Below, piece by piece: positions 1 to 10,081 of a DNA stretch of 64,000 bases. The stretch lies in the NCBI GenBank assembly GCA_963736855.1, contig CAVTQK010000021.1, forward strand, positions 224,001-288,000, written 5' to 3'. Source of the DNA: an uncultured delta proteobacterium (GTDB taxonomy: Bacteria; Desulfobacterota; Desulfobacteria; Desulfobacterales; UBA2156). Every line of letters starts with the position of its first letter. Position 1 is the stretch's first letter. The position numbers and the translations under genes were made by a program. The notes under the pieces are model-generated. The model did no database searches. It saw only the letters and a program-made list of their open reading frames with translations, and had not been told where the DNA came from.

Positions 1-1083
1 GTAGCTCATGGAAAAGCCGTGCGCATGAAAGAGAACGTACTCGTCATCGGCGGAGGGAACATGGCAATAGATGTCGCCCTGACCGCGCTGCGTTGCGGGT
101 CAGCAGATGTCTCCATTGCCTGCCTGGAGAGCGAAGAAGAGATGTCGGCATTTAAGTGGGCAATAGAGGACGCCGTGGCCGAAGGAGTGAAGCTTTTGCC
201 ATCCTGGGGGCCGGAGCGGGTCTTGAGCAAAAATGGCAGGGTAACAGGGCTCGATCTGGTGGAGTGCACCTGCGTATTCGATGAAAAAGGAAACTTTGGC
301 CCAAGATTTGGGGATCGGAAAGAATGCATCATGGTGGATCAGATCATCCTGGCCGTGGGCCGGTCCGTTGACCTGTCGTTCCTGTCCGACGGAACCCCCA
401 TTTCGATTGAAAATGGGCTCATCCTGATCGAACAGGAAACCCTGGAAACCGGGATGAAGCATGTGTTTGCCGGAGGCGACGCCATTGCCATGCCCGGCAC
501 CGTGATTCACGCCATCTCCCATGGTCGGAAGGCGTCCTCAGCCATCGATAAGGCGCTGGGAGGGGATGGTCGGATCGAGGAAGTGCTCTTTCCGAGGGGA
601 GCCCCGGATCCATACTTCGGCCGCGAAGAGGGGTTTGCGGGATGGTCGCGGATTCCTGTTCCACAGATTCCTTTGGGTGACAGTCGCAGTGATTTCGCAG
701 AGATCGACCTTGGTTATGACCAAACCCAGGCTCGAAAAGAAGCTCGGCGCTGCCTGCAATGTGACGCCAGGCTTTATTTGAAGGGCAATCCGGCTCCGCC
801 GGAGAACCTGGTGGCTTTCACCTATGAACACATCGTTCAACTCTCTGAAGCTGAAGGGGTTTTTAGACTGTTGGATGCAGGAAGAAATATCCTGGCCATC
901 AAGGGGACACCTGATCTGAAGGCGGAGCTTTTAAGGGCGCTGAAAGAAAATCAAAATGCCGTCTGGTTTGAGTTCGAGGAAGACAAGTTGTACTCCAAGA
1001 GAGAAAGCGAACTCCTCCAGCGATACCTTCAGGAACATGGGAAGATGCCCGGAATTTCTGCGGACGACGACGATTACTTTTAA
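1..1083 (+). CDS. FAD-dependent oxidoreductase (GltD/NADPH-glutamate synthase beta-like), 5' truncated by window edge, with extra C-terminal ~90-aa domain
   Basis: Frame open from base 1; NAD(P)-binding VLVIGGGNMAID, FAD motif VFAGGD, EARRCLQC Fe-S motif typical of GltD-like proteins. Confidence 0.85.
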   Translation, partial: VAHGKAVRMKENVLVIGGGNMAIDVALTALRCGSADVSIACLESEEEMSAFKWAIEDAVAEGVKLLPSWGPERVLSKNGRVTGLDLVECTCVFDEKGNFGPRFGDRKECIMVDQIILAVGRSVDLSFLSDGTPISIENGLILIEQETLETGMKHVFAGGDAIAMPGTVIHAISHGRKASSAIDKALGGDGRIEEVLFPRGAPDPYFGREEGFAGWSRIPVPQIPLGDSRSDFAEIDLGYDQTQARKEARRCLQCDARLYLKGNPAPPENLVAFTYEHIVQLSEAEGVFRLLDAGRNILAIKGTPDLKAELLRALKENQNAVWFEFEEDKLYSKRESELLQRYLQEHGKMPGISADDDDYF

Positions 1084-1089
1084 GCCCGG

Positions 1090-1527
1090 CTAATCCAGGG
1101 TTTTTGAGAGATTAATAAAGTTGCTGCGATTAAATCCAAGGGTCTTGAAGAAGGAGAGCAGATCCGTAGAATCCCATCGGACGGAGGTATGCACGTTATG
1201 GATCCCTTCCTTCTTGTAAAACCTGAAAAGCTCTTCAGCCAAGCGCGCTCCGATTCCCTGGCCCATATAGTCGGGGTTCACTCCGAGGGTGGCGATCCAC
1301 GAGCTTTTTTCGATTCCGAAACCGAGATTCAGGACATAGCTGATTATAAAACCGACGACTCTACCCTCGAATTCGGCTACAAAACAGGCATCCTCCCCTC
1401 TCTGGGCATCATGGGCGATGACCCGCTTGAAATCGATTTCGACCGGTTTCTGGGTGATGGCGGCGTAGATCTTGCTGATGGCTTCCGAATCCTCGATTTT
1501 TAATTTGCGAACCACAATGTCTGTCAC
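1090..1527 (-). CDS. GNAT family N-acetyltransferase
   Basis: Acetyl-CoA motif LGVNPDYMGQGIGARL; FFKTLGF motif. Confidence 0.9.
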   Translation of the reverse strand: MTDIVVRKLKIEDSEAISKIYAAITQKPVEIDFKRVIAHDAQRGEDACFVAEFEGRVVGFIISYVLNLGFGIEKSSWIATLGVNPDYMGQGIGARLAEELFRFYKKEGIHNVHTSVRWDSTDLLSFFKTLGFNRSNFINLSKTLD

Positions 1528-1554
1528 CGATAGCTCTCCCCTGCAGATTGATGG

Positions 1555-1743
1555 TTAATCGATTCGGATGATCTTGACTTGGTGTCCCACCCAGTTGGGA
1601 GGGAGATATACCCGGCCGCTGTTGCCGCTCAACTTCACCCGCTTTTCGATCATCTCTTCCCCGTAAATTTCGAACTTAACTTTTTCTTGGCCCGATTTCG
1701 GGTCGGCTTCTTTTCTATTTTCCGCTTTCTTGTCGTCAACCAC
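1555..1743 (-). CDS. Small DUF2080-like (AbrB-like) protein
   Basis: 62 aa; EKRVKLSGNSGRVYLPPNWVGHQVKII resembles the DUF2080 family. Confidence 0.75.
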   Translation of the reverse strand: MVDDKKAENRKEADPKSGQEKVKFEIYGEEMIEKRVKLSGNSGRVYLPPNWVGHQVKIIRID

Positions 1744-1874
1744 GTCTCATCCCTTTTCTGGAGTATAACAAAAAGATCGAAAACTCACGCATCAATTTGC
1801 CTGCATCGGTTGCTCGGCGGCTGTGTACTGAATAATATAACGATCAATACTGATAGCTGTTTTTTAGCTATTAT

Positions 1875-4130
1875 TCAAGGGAAATGTTCGGCCCATGCCA
1901 GGATGGCGGAGTAGGTGCATACTTCATAATAAACTTGTTCAAAGGTCGATATTGCACCCGGGCCCGGGGATCCTGGGGTGAAAAAGGGTGCTTCTCGAAT
2001 AACGAGGGTCCGTTTAGTTCCCAAGGAGGTCGGGAATTTTCCCACGTGGAATCGGAGGCGTTCGGATTTAAGATCGGGCATTGTGTATTCCAGGGTTTTC
2101 AGGTTGACTTCCAGGGAGAGTTGTCCGAACCCCGCGTTGTCGAGTGCAATGCCGTTTACGTTGTAAATCAAGGGGAGGGCCGAGGCGTCTTCAGCCGTAT
2201 GATCGGCTTTTTCGGGCTTAAATACAACCAGATTGAAACGTGGTTTCCATGTGCCTGTTTGCATCAGACGTTTATCGGAACGGCACAAAGAATGGGCTTT
2301 GTTGATGGCGGAAGAGATCATGATACGCCGATTCCCGTCGAACAAGTAGGTGGGGGGACCGTTCTGAAAGCCGATGCCGATCCCGAGTTCAATGACGGGG
2401 AGCTGAGCCTTCCGGCTCCCCGCGTTGCAACGTCGCACCACTGAGAGGATGTCCATGGCCAAGCCGCAGGCCCGGGCTACGGTGAAGAGGTTCTTTGCCG
2501 GCTGAAACCTTTCCAGGATGGTCAGAATGATGGCATCCCCTTCGATGAAAACTTTTTCTGCTTCATAGGTTTCCAGGAGGCGATTGATGGGCTCAAAAAA
2601 ATTCAGACTGAAAAAGGAAGCGGGGTTGAGGCCCTTGCCTTTCATTTGTCTGACAATTTCCGTAGATCCCCGTACATCAGCCTTAAGGACGACGTGATTG
2701 ATGATGGGGCTGTGGTCCTCCGTGTCTTCCTCGGGAAGCAAAAATTCATAGAGCAAGTTATTAACCCGGGATAGATTGAGGACCTTCTCCTCGATGACGA
2801 GGTGGACGGCATCCATGGCCTCCCGGGTTCTTGTGGCGTTTTTCAAATCCCGGTGATACCGGGAAAGGTCCCTGAGAAAGCGCAGTAGGTACGCTTCTTT
2901 TTGGCGACGGTTGAGTCGACGAATCCGTCTGGCTATCTTCCACAGGGCATCAGCAGAATAGGACCGATTCTCCTTTTTAGAAAGCCGTCTGAGTCGATCC
3001 AGTACAATTTCTCTGGATCGAGGGTTTACCATAAATTGCATCACCACCTGGGGTGTCAGGGGAGGACAATATTCCAGGAAACCCGGTTGGATCTCATAAG
3101 AAGCCGCAACGATGGGAATGAGCCCGATTTTTTGAAATCGTTCATAGAAAAACCTTAACAGGCTTTTTTTTGCTGCTGCCCTTTGAGTCAAAGAAAGAAC
3201 TTCGTCCTTCGGGTATCCATGGACCTTCAACTCCGTGCGTCGATTCGGATATTCTTCAACATTGAAGAGACGGTCCATATTTTCCGGTTCACCGATCCAT
3301 TCGTCTAGAAGGAGATCCTTTTCTTTTGGCGGTGAAGATTCGCTCATTTCTGCATCCGTATCGCATTCCATCAGCAGGCGCTTCACCAAAACAATGAGGG
3401 CGTCATAACGGTTGGCGTCTTCGTATCGGTGGCCAAAGAGAAGATATTCGGAGATCATGAACAGGTCTTCCGGCAAGACATCTCCACAGATCAGTGGGTT
3501 GTTGAAAAAGTTATCGGGGAGAATGGATTCGGCTCCGAAGGCTGATTCCCGGTATTTTCTTAAAGGGTCACGCTGGATTTCTTCCACTAACTGAAACAGG
3601 TCTTTGCTGACGCTGCGGAGAATGGATTGCCGATTCTTGAAGATGTCGGAAAGCACCTTTTTTAACCGGATGTTCTCCATATGGTTGAAGGTGGACGGAG
3701 TTTCCGTTTCCCGTATGCCTTTCTTCAAATGCCGACAAAGCCCCTCAAACTGGTCCCGGATTTCCTGTATCAAAAACTTGTACAGGGCAACTTGGGCCAG
3801 CATGTCTATCTGAATTTCTTTGAAATCCCGAGCCTGCCGGAAACCGGAAAAAAGCACATCACGACAGACCTGCTTGAACGCATTGCGCAAATCTGTGCGG
3901 TCGGACTGGGTTCCGATATCCACCCCATCCTCGATATGGGCGGCAAGGGCTATAAACTGGAAAGCCAGTTTTGAGGCAATGCTGCAAAATTTTGGACTTA
4001 AGTGAACGTCATATCGGATGTTGTCCACTCCGAGCTTGAGACGATCGAAAGCAATGCGGACGTACGTGGCCTTTTGGAGAAGGTCTTTCAGGCGGAAAGT
4101 CGGTTTAGTATGCTTTTTGAAAAAAATCAT
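1875..4130 (-). CDS. Large protein with C-terminal class III nucleotidyl-cyclase-like domain
   Basis: 751-aa ORF; LKADVRGST, KVFIEGDAI, ELGIGI, AINKA motifs in cyclase order. Confidence 0.7.
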   Translation of the reverse strand: MIFFKKHTKPTFRLKDLLQKATYVRIAFDRLKLGVDNIRYDVHLSPKFCSIASKLAFQFIALAAHIEDGVDIGTQSDRTDLRNAFKQVCRDVLFSGFRQARDFKEIQIDMLAQVALYKFLIQEIRDQFEGLCRHLKKGIRETETPSTFNHMENIRLKKVLSDIFKNRQSILRSVSKDLFQLVEEIQRDPLRKYRESAFGAESILPDNFFNNPLICGDVLPEDLFMISEYLLFGHRYEDANRYDALIVLVKRLLMECDTDAEMSESSPPKEKDLLLDEWIGEPENMDRLFNVEEYPNRRTELKVHGYPKDEVLSLTQRAAAKKSLLRFFYERFQKIGLIPIVAASYEIQPGFLEYCPPLTPQVVMQFMVNPRSREIVLDRLRRLSKKENRSYSADALWKIARRIRRLNRRQKEAYLLRFLRDLSRYHRDLKNATRTREAMDAVHLVIEEKVLNLSRVNNLLYEFLLPEEDTEDHSPIINHVVLKADVRGSTEIVRQMKGKGLNPASFFSLNFFEPINRLLETYEAEKVFIEGDAIILTILERFQPAKNLFTVARACGLAMDILSVVRRCNAGSRKAQLPVIELGIGIGFQNGPPTYLFDGNRRIMISSAINKAHSLCRSDKRLMQTGTWKPRFNLVVFKPEKADHTAEDASALPLIYNVNGIALDNAGFGQLSLEVNLKTLEYTMPDLKSERLRFHVGKFPTSLGTKRTLVIREAPFFTPGSPGPGAISTFEQVYYEVCTYSAILAWAEHFP

Positions 4131-4200
4131 AAAATAAAATCAGCTTTGGTGTAATTCTCTGCAGAATCTGATCCTGAGACCCTGGTTGATCAAATCGGCT

Positions 4201-5220
4201 TTAATGTTTCCGACGCTGTACGATTCCCATGAGAATCCCGGATTCTGTAGGGCCCCGGAATGGGTGCCTGAGGATATCCTCCACTCCGGCTGCTTTGAGC
4301 ATATCGATGATTTGCGGCTCACTGTAAGATTGTCCTTTCAGTGTTCCAAGGAGCATGTTCAGGGAGAAAAGGGCCGGAAACAGAGGCTTTTCCATAGTGT
4401 CGTCCAGGATAAAATCATGGACAAGGATTAGGCCGCCGGGCTCAAGCGTGGATACGGCCTTTCGAATCAGCCGGCGGCATTCATCCGGTCCCTCCGCATG
4501 GAGGATGTGGGAAAGCCACGCCACGTCAAAAACGCCCGGGATTTCATCTTCATGGTAGTCTCCCCCGTAAAAAGTGATGCGGTCTTTCATCCCGAACCGC
4601 TCAAAGATCTTTTCGGCAAAGGGCCTAGTGGTTTCTAAATCAAAAACCGTCGCCGAAAGCTCTGGGAAATGCTTACAGAAAAAGACGGCGTAGGTGCCCG
4701 GTCCGCCGCCGAGATCCAGAAAGTGACGCCTTCCGGATAAGTCAATCTGGGATGCCAACATCGGTGCGATCCCCATAGCATTATTGAACATCCCCATGAG
4801 AAAACTTTCCCGGCGGGGTTCCTCACCAATGGAAGATCTTTCCCGTACCGGCTTTCCGGTCAAAACGGCCTGATCCAGCTTCCCCCAGGACTCGAAGAGG
4901 TAGTGGTGATGCAGGATCATATAACCGATGTACTTTTCTGAATCTTTTGAAAGCAGGACGGTTCCGGCTTCGGTATTCATGTAAGCGGATTCCTGTTTGC
5001 GCAACAACCCCATGGCAGAAAGTGCGTTGAGTAAAAACGTCAAGGCTCTTTCATCCGCGCCGATTTCTGCGGCAAGATCCCCCGCGGTTTTCCCATTTTC
5101 TCCAATCAACGTGAAAAGGTTGAGCTTTACTGCTGCATGGAGGGTGCACGTTTTCCAATAATACCCGGATATTTCCAGGATCTCTCGGGGGGTGGAGGGT
5201 TCCTTTTCTCCGGAAGGCAT
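4201..5220 (-). CDS. SAM-dependent O-methyltransferase (type 2, dimerisation domain)
   Basis: FLDLGGGPG SAM motif, TVFDL, GDY, SHILH; start taken at ATG 5220 just after upstream stop. Confidence 0.9.
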   Translation of the reverse strand: MPSGEKEPSTPREILEISGYYWKTCTLHAAVKLNLFTLIGENGKTAGDLAAEIGADERALTFLLNALSAMGLLRKQESAYMNTEAGTVLLSKDSEKYIGYMILHHHYLFESWGKLDQAVLTGKPVRERSSIGEEPRRESFLMGMFNNAMGIAPMLASQIDLSGRRHFLDLGGGPGTYAVFFCKHFPELSATVFDLETTRPFAEKIFERFGMKDRITFYGGDYHEDEIPGVFDVAWLSHILHAEGPDECRRLIRKAVSTLEPGGLILVHDFILDDTMEKPLFPALFSLNMLLGTLKGQSYSEPQIIDMLKAAGVEDILRHPFRGPTESGILMGIVQRRKH

Positions 5221-5225
5221 GGGTT

Positions 5226-6359
5226 TTACCCCTTTTTTGCAGATGATTTTTTTTGTGCGGTCTTCAATTCCTGTTCCACCACGCAGTACACCCCTTTTCC
5301 GGTCCGAATCGGAATGAAGCACCGGTTTTCGGACTGGCAGGTCGCCTTTCGACGATCACCCGAGCGCCACCGCTTGATTAGATCAGGCTCCCGGATCAAG
5401 GGCCTGCTCATGCAGATGTAATCGGCAATCCCTTTCTTGATAATACGCTCCGCCACGTTATAGGAGCGGATTCCTCCCACCAGCATGATGGGTACACTCA
5501 ATCGCGCTTTAAAGGCCGTTCCCGCCTCTTTGAAGTAAGCTTCATCTTCTTCCTGAATAATTCCTGCGCGAATCGGCCGCAATTTGCCGGAGGCGCCTGT
5601 TCCACCGCTCAGCTCGATGGCGTCGATTCCCTCTCGCTGCAGAAAAAGACCGGCCTCCAGGGACTCTTCCAGAGTCAATCCGCCTTCGAGGCAATCCTGG
5701 GTGTTGATTTTAATAAGGACGGGGAAATCTTGGCCCACGCGGGATCGTATCTCCTGCAAAACTTCGATGAGGATCTTCGTCCGGTTAGCCAGATTCCCGC
5801 CGTACTTATCTTTACGCCGATTGAAGAGGGGGGACAGAAACTGACTCAACAGGTAACCATGGGCCGCATGGATCTGGACCCCGTCAAAGCCGGCCTTCTG
5901 GGCCCGTTTTGCAGCCATACCAAAAGCCCGGATTATGGTTTTAATTTGAGGGGGCGCCATTTCCAGGGGCGGCGTGGTGGTGAATCCACCGACATCCGAA
6001 GGGGCAATGGGCATACCCCCGGTAAGCCGGGGATCGGCGAACATGCCGGCATGGGCGAGTTGCAGGACAATGGTGCCGTTGTTTTTATGCACCGTATCCG
6101 TCATTTGGGTCAGGCCGGGGATGAGGCGATCATCGTAGACTCCCAATTGCCAGGGTCCTGCCTGTCCATTTCTGTGGACATAAGCGTGTCCCGTAATGAT
6201 CATTCCAACGCCGCCCTTGACGAGCTTTTTCATCAGGTTGGTGAGGCGACGGGTGCATGCACCGTCTTCTTCCGCCATCCCCTCCCAGGTGGCCGACCGC
6301 ACGAAACGGTTACTTAGCGTCATGGAATTGATTCGTGTTTCTTCAAAAAGATCCTTCAC
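5226..6359 (-). CDS. NADH:flavin oxidoreductase (old yellow enzyme family)
   Basis: NRFVRSATWE, QLAHAG, GFDGVQIHAAHGYLLSQFLSP, NRRKDKYGG. Confidence 0.95.
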   Translation of the reverse strand: MKDLFEETRINSMTLSNRFVRSATWEGMAEEDGACTRRLTNLMKKLVKGGVGMIITGHAYVHRNGQAGPWQLGVYDDRLIPGLTQMTDTVHKNNGTIVLQLAHAGMFADPRLTGGMPIAPSDVGGFTTTPPLEMAPPQIKTIIRAFGMAAKRAQKAGFDGVQIHAAHGYLLSQFLSPLFNRRKDKYGGNLANRTKILIEVLQEIRSRVGQDFPVLIKINTQDCLEGGLTLEESLEAGLFLQREGIDAIELSGGTGASGKLRPIRAGIIQEEDEAYFKEAGTAFKARLSVPIMLVGGIRSYNVAERIIKKGIADYICMSRPLIREPDLIKRWRSGDRRKATCQSENRCFIPIRTGKGVYCVVEQELKTAQKKSSAKKG

Positions 6360-6398
6360 ACAGCAACCTCTTCTATGGATTTTTTCCCGGTTGTTATT

Positions 6399-7259
6399 TC
6401 ATGAAAAGGAAAAAATGTTGAATGTATTTTCCATCAGGTCCACAAACAGGAGTTTGTTTCTCAAAAGACCCTTTTTACCCAATAGGATTTTGATCACTTC
6501 AGAACATTCGACGGAGGCGATCATCATGATGGCCTGGGGCAGGCATCCCAGGGAAGCTTCAGCCCCGACCTTCGGCCCGTTTTCGGCAGAACCGTAAATG
6601 GATTGAAATCCCTTGTCCGATGGGAAGATGGTCATGACCTGGCCCGAAGCGCCGGCTACGGCGCCGGAAACCAAAGGCAGACCTTCACGACGGGACGAGC
6701 CTTCCACAATGAGCCGGGTTCGGATGTTATCAAGGCAGTCTACCGCCACGTCGGAGCCGCGAATCAGCGTGGCCGCATTCGTTTCGTCCAGCATGACATG
6801 ATGTGCATCTGCCCTCACCGCTCTGTTGACGGCCACAACCCGTTTGACGGCCATTTCAGCCTTGGATTGAAAGCGTGTTTTTTCAGTGCACAAAAACTGT
6901 CGGTTGAGGTTGCTGTCTTCGAACCTGTCGCCATCGATAAGAGTGAGATTCCCGATCCCGATACGGGCCAGCCCCTCGCAAACGGCGCCCCCCAGCCCGC
7001 CAAGCCCGATCACCGTGACTCTCGATTTCAGGAGGCGCGCCTGGTCTTCAAAGGTAAGGCTTTTCATATTCCTGGCATAACGCATCGGGAGGATTCCCTT
7101 CCCGAGAGCTGTGGTCTCCACTTGCGCGATGCCGATTCCGAACGCATCGGCCAGATCGCCGGTTGCGTCCACGGAAAGGCCTATGAAGGGCGACCCGTCC
7201 GGGAGAGTGGCAGGTATGGCCCAGGCCCGGATTTTTTCCGCTAATGAGGGAGAGGACAT
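6399..7259 (-). CDS. ThiF/MoeB/HesA family E1-like adenylyltransferase
   Basis: RYARN, IGLGGLG, DGDRFEDSNLNRQ, DCLDN. Confidence 0.9.
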   Translation of the reverse strand: MSSPSLAEKIRAWAIPATLPDGSPFIGLSVDATGDLADAFGIGIAQVETTALGKGILPMRYARNMKSLTFEDQARLLKSRVTVIGLGGLGGAVCEGLARIGIGNLTLIDGDRFEDSNLNRQFLCTEKTRFQSKAEMAVKRVVAVNRAVRADAHHVMLDETNAATLIRGSDVAVDCLDNIRTRLIVEGSSRREGLPLVSGAVAGASGQVMTIFPSDKGFQSIYGSAENGPKVGAEASLGCLPQAIMMIASVECSEVIKILLGKKGLLRNKLLFVDLMENTFNIFSFS

Positions 7260-7507
7260 TATCCACCTCCTACCGGCGGGAATATAGCGACCCTCTCACC
7301 GCCGGTCAGCACGGAATACAGATATCCCCTTATTCCGTCAATAAAGATGAGTTTGGCTTCTTCTCGGGGAATGCCGACCGATTCCAGGATATCGCCCACC
7401 GTCGTTCCGGAAGTGATGGGGAATCTTTCCGCGTTCTGAGGTGTTTTCGGCTTGAGGCTCGCGAAGAGCCGGATTTCCACATAGGCCTGCATCGTGAAAT
7501 TCAACAC
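7259..7507 (-). CDS. MoaD/ThiS family ubiquitin-like sulfur carrier
   Basis: RLFASL N-terminus and FPPVGGG C-terminus; coupled to the ThiF gene. Confidence 0.9.
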   Translation of the reverse strand: MLNFTMQAYVEIRLFASLKPKTPQNAERFPITSGTTVGDILESVGIPREEAKLIFIDGIRGYLYSVLTGGERVAIFPPVGGG

Positions 7508-7542
7508 GCTAAATTTTTTAGGTTTTACCCAAGCTGAAAAGC

Positions 7543-7571
7543 AATTTAGAAAGAACGCACCGGAAAGTCAA
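7543..7571 (-). promoter_or_regulatory. Putative sigma70 promoter for the moaD-thiF-OYE-methyltransferase run
   Basis: Minus strand TTGACT-N17-TAAATT about 35 nt upstream of the MoaD ORF. Confidence 0.5.
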
Positions 7572-7804
7572 CGGCTTAAATGACCTACGGAAATCTCCTA
7601 ATCAAATTCCGTTTCTGATGCAAGACAGGAAATGCGCCGTGGAAAGAACCTTGACGCATTCATGTATGATGGGATATTATTCATACCTAAATTGATCGTT
7701 TTCAATTTGGCAAAAAAGAGTTGTGTTTGAATATCCTTGTATTGGAACGGAGTTGACCCTTCCAATTGCCCACCCATCGGGTGTACCAAAAAAGGCATGC
7801 AGTG

Positions 7805-7955
7805 GAATGATTTGCCGAATTGAAAACCCTTTGGGATTTCCGATTTCACCGCATCTGCTACGTTGCCGAAAGCTCGACGTACGAATTGTACGCCTTCGCT
7901 TCCGGACGCCTTGCATCTACGGCAAATTCGAAAATTGCTCAATTTAGGTCATCAA
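7805..7955. repeat. REP/MITE-like palindromic element (CAAGGCG...CGTAC-n-GTACG...CAACG family)
   Basis: Minus strand caaggcgtc...gcgtacaattcgtacgtcga...gcaacgtagcagatg resembles the element at 34600-34752. Confidence 0.6.
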
Positions 7956-8047
7956 AACGGATCAATGACCGGCGGCTTAAAGGAAAAGGAATAAGCCGTT
8001 TACTCGTGTTTGAAGCAGAAATCGGTTTGAGCAGGAGAAAATTTTAA

Positions 8048-8997
8048 ATGGCTTACCGACAGGCGCTGGTAACGGGTGGTGCGGGGTTCATCGGCTCCCA
8101 TCTCGTTGAGGCCCTTCTGGAGAAAGGATGCGCGGTAAAAATTCTGGATAATCTTTCAACCGGACGCCTTGAGAACCTGGCTCATGTGCGGGAGCGCGTC
8201 AATTTTTTCCAGGGAGATATCCGGGATACCCGTCTATTGGCCGAAGCGGTCCGAGGTTGTGATGTCGTTTTTCATCAGGCGGCCATGGTCTCTGTTCCCA
8301 AGAGCGTGGAAAATCCCATTGAAAGCTTAGAAATCAACGATCTGGGGACGCTCAGGGTCCTGGAGGCGGCCCGGAAAAATGGCGTGCGGAAAGTGGTTTT
8401 GGCCAGTTCCTGTGCCGTTTACGGAAATGACTCTCAGCTTCCCAAGCATGAATCCTTGCCTCTGAAACCCATGAGTCCTTATGCGGTCCACAAGCTGATC
8501 GGGGAAGTTACGCCCGGCTTTACACCGAACTTTACGGCCTGGAAACGGCGTGTCTGCGCTATTTCAACGTCTATGGACCCAGGCAGGACCCATCCTCACC
8601 ATACTCCGGCGTCATTTCCATTTTTCTGAGCCGGGCCATAAAGAGACAGCGCCCGATCATCTTCGGAGATGGAGCCCAATACCGGGATTTTATCTATGTG
8701 AAGGACGTGGTGCGGGCAAATATGCTTGCTGCAGAATCCAGTGCTGCCTCCGGAAACGTTTATAATATCGGTACCGGTAGCTTTTTGCGCATTTTGGACC
8801 TGTGGAAAGCCATCAGGGATCGACTGGCCGTCCACATTGAACCGGAATTTGCACCGTGCCGTTTGGGAGACATCCGAGAATCGCTTGCCGATGTTCATCG
8901 TGCCCGGGAACACCTCGGGTTTGAGGCCCAATATCCTTTCGATATCGGGCTTGATGCAACCTTGAAATGGTACATGGAAAATTCAGCATTCTTATAA
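8048..8997 (+). CDS. NAD-dependent epimerase (UDP-glucose/GlcNAc 4-epimerase-like), one frameshift near 8508
   Basis: [15 protein letters not shown]; after one-base shift reads YARLYTELYGLETACLRYFNVYGPRQD and joins ORF 8698-8997. Confidence 0.85.
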
Positions 8998-9021
8998 TCT
9001 GGAGTCGATCCGGAAAGGAAG

Positions 9022-10056
9022 ATGTTCTTGCAAGGAAAAAACGCGCTCATAACCGGCGCAGCCGGGTTTATCGGCTACCATCTTTCAGAACGGCTCTGCC
9101 GGGAGGGGTGGCAGGTGACCGGTATCGACAATCTCAACAACTACTACGATATCCACCTCAAGGAGGCTCGCCTGGATCGGTTGCTGAAGAACAACCTCTT
9201 TTCCTTTTCCAAAATTGATCTTTCAGACAAAAGCGGCCTGGAAGCCCTGTTTAAAAAGGAAAAGATCGATGTGGTGGTCAATCTGGCTGCTCAGGCCGGA
9301 GTCCGCTATTCACTGACCAATCCTCATGCCTATATACAATCGAACATCGTCGGCTTTTTAAATCTGCTGGAATGCTGTCGGTATCATCCGATCGGTCACC
9401 TGGTTTTTGCCTCATCGAGTTCCGTTTACGGGGCTAACACCCGCATGCCCTTCAACGTCCACGATAACGTGGACCATCCGGTTTCCTTATATGCGGCCAC
9501 CAAGAAGGCCAATGAATTGATGGCCCACACTTACAGTCATCTTTATGGCCTGCCCGTTACAGGTTTGCGGTTTTTCACGGTCTATGGCCCCTGGGGAAGA
9601 CCCGACATGGCCCTTTTTTTATTTACCCGTGCCATCCTGGAAGGCAAACCCATCCAGGTTTTCAACCACGGAAGGATGCAGCGGGATTTCACCTATATCG
9701 ACGACATCATCGAGGGGGTTTTCCGGGTAATGAAACGCATTCCGGAATCTAATCCGGCATGGGATGGCAACTCCCCGGATCCCGGAACTTCCATGGCTCC
9801 ATATCGGCTCTATAACATTGGAAACAATAACCCGGTAAGCCTCATGGATTTTATCGTTGCCATCGAGAAGGCGCTGGGGAAAACGGCACAAAAAATCTTC
9901 ACGGACCTCCAGCCCGGGGATGTCCCGGCTACCTACGCCGATATCGACGATCTCACGCAGGACGTGGGATTCAAGCCCGAGACCGCCATTGAAGACGGAA
10001 TTCAGCGGTTTGTGGACTGGTACCAAGATTACTACAGCAACGCGGCCGACTCTTGA
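9022..10056 (+). CDS. UDP-glucuronate 4-epimerase (WcaG/CapI type)
   Basis: [36 protein letters not shown]. Confidence 0.92.
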   Translation: MFLQGKNALITGAAGFIGYHLSERLCREGWQVTGIDNLNNYYDIHLKEARLDRLLKNNLFSFSKIDLSDKSGLEALFKKEKIDVVVNLAAQAGVRYSLTNPHAYIQSNIVGFLNLLECCRYHPIGHLVFASSSSVYGANTRMPFNVHDNVDHPVSLYAATKKANELMAHTYSHLYGLPVTGLRFFTVYGPWGRPDMALFLFTRAILEGKPIQVFNHGRMQRDFTYIDDIIEGVFRVMKRIPESNPAWDGNSPDPGTSMAPYRLYNIGNNNPVSLMDFIVAIEKALGKTAQKIFTDLQPGDVPATYADIDDLTQDVGFKPETAIEDGIQRFVDWYQDYYSNAADS

Positions 10057-10081
10057 CATAAGCATACGGACTGCGAAGGTG

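Noticed and set aside
7692..7705. FNR-like box TTGATcgttTTCAA
   Set aside because: It overlaps a sequence matching the nearby repeat terminus, so a repeat remnant explains it equally well.
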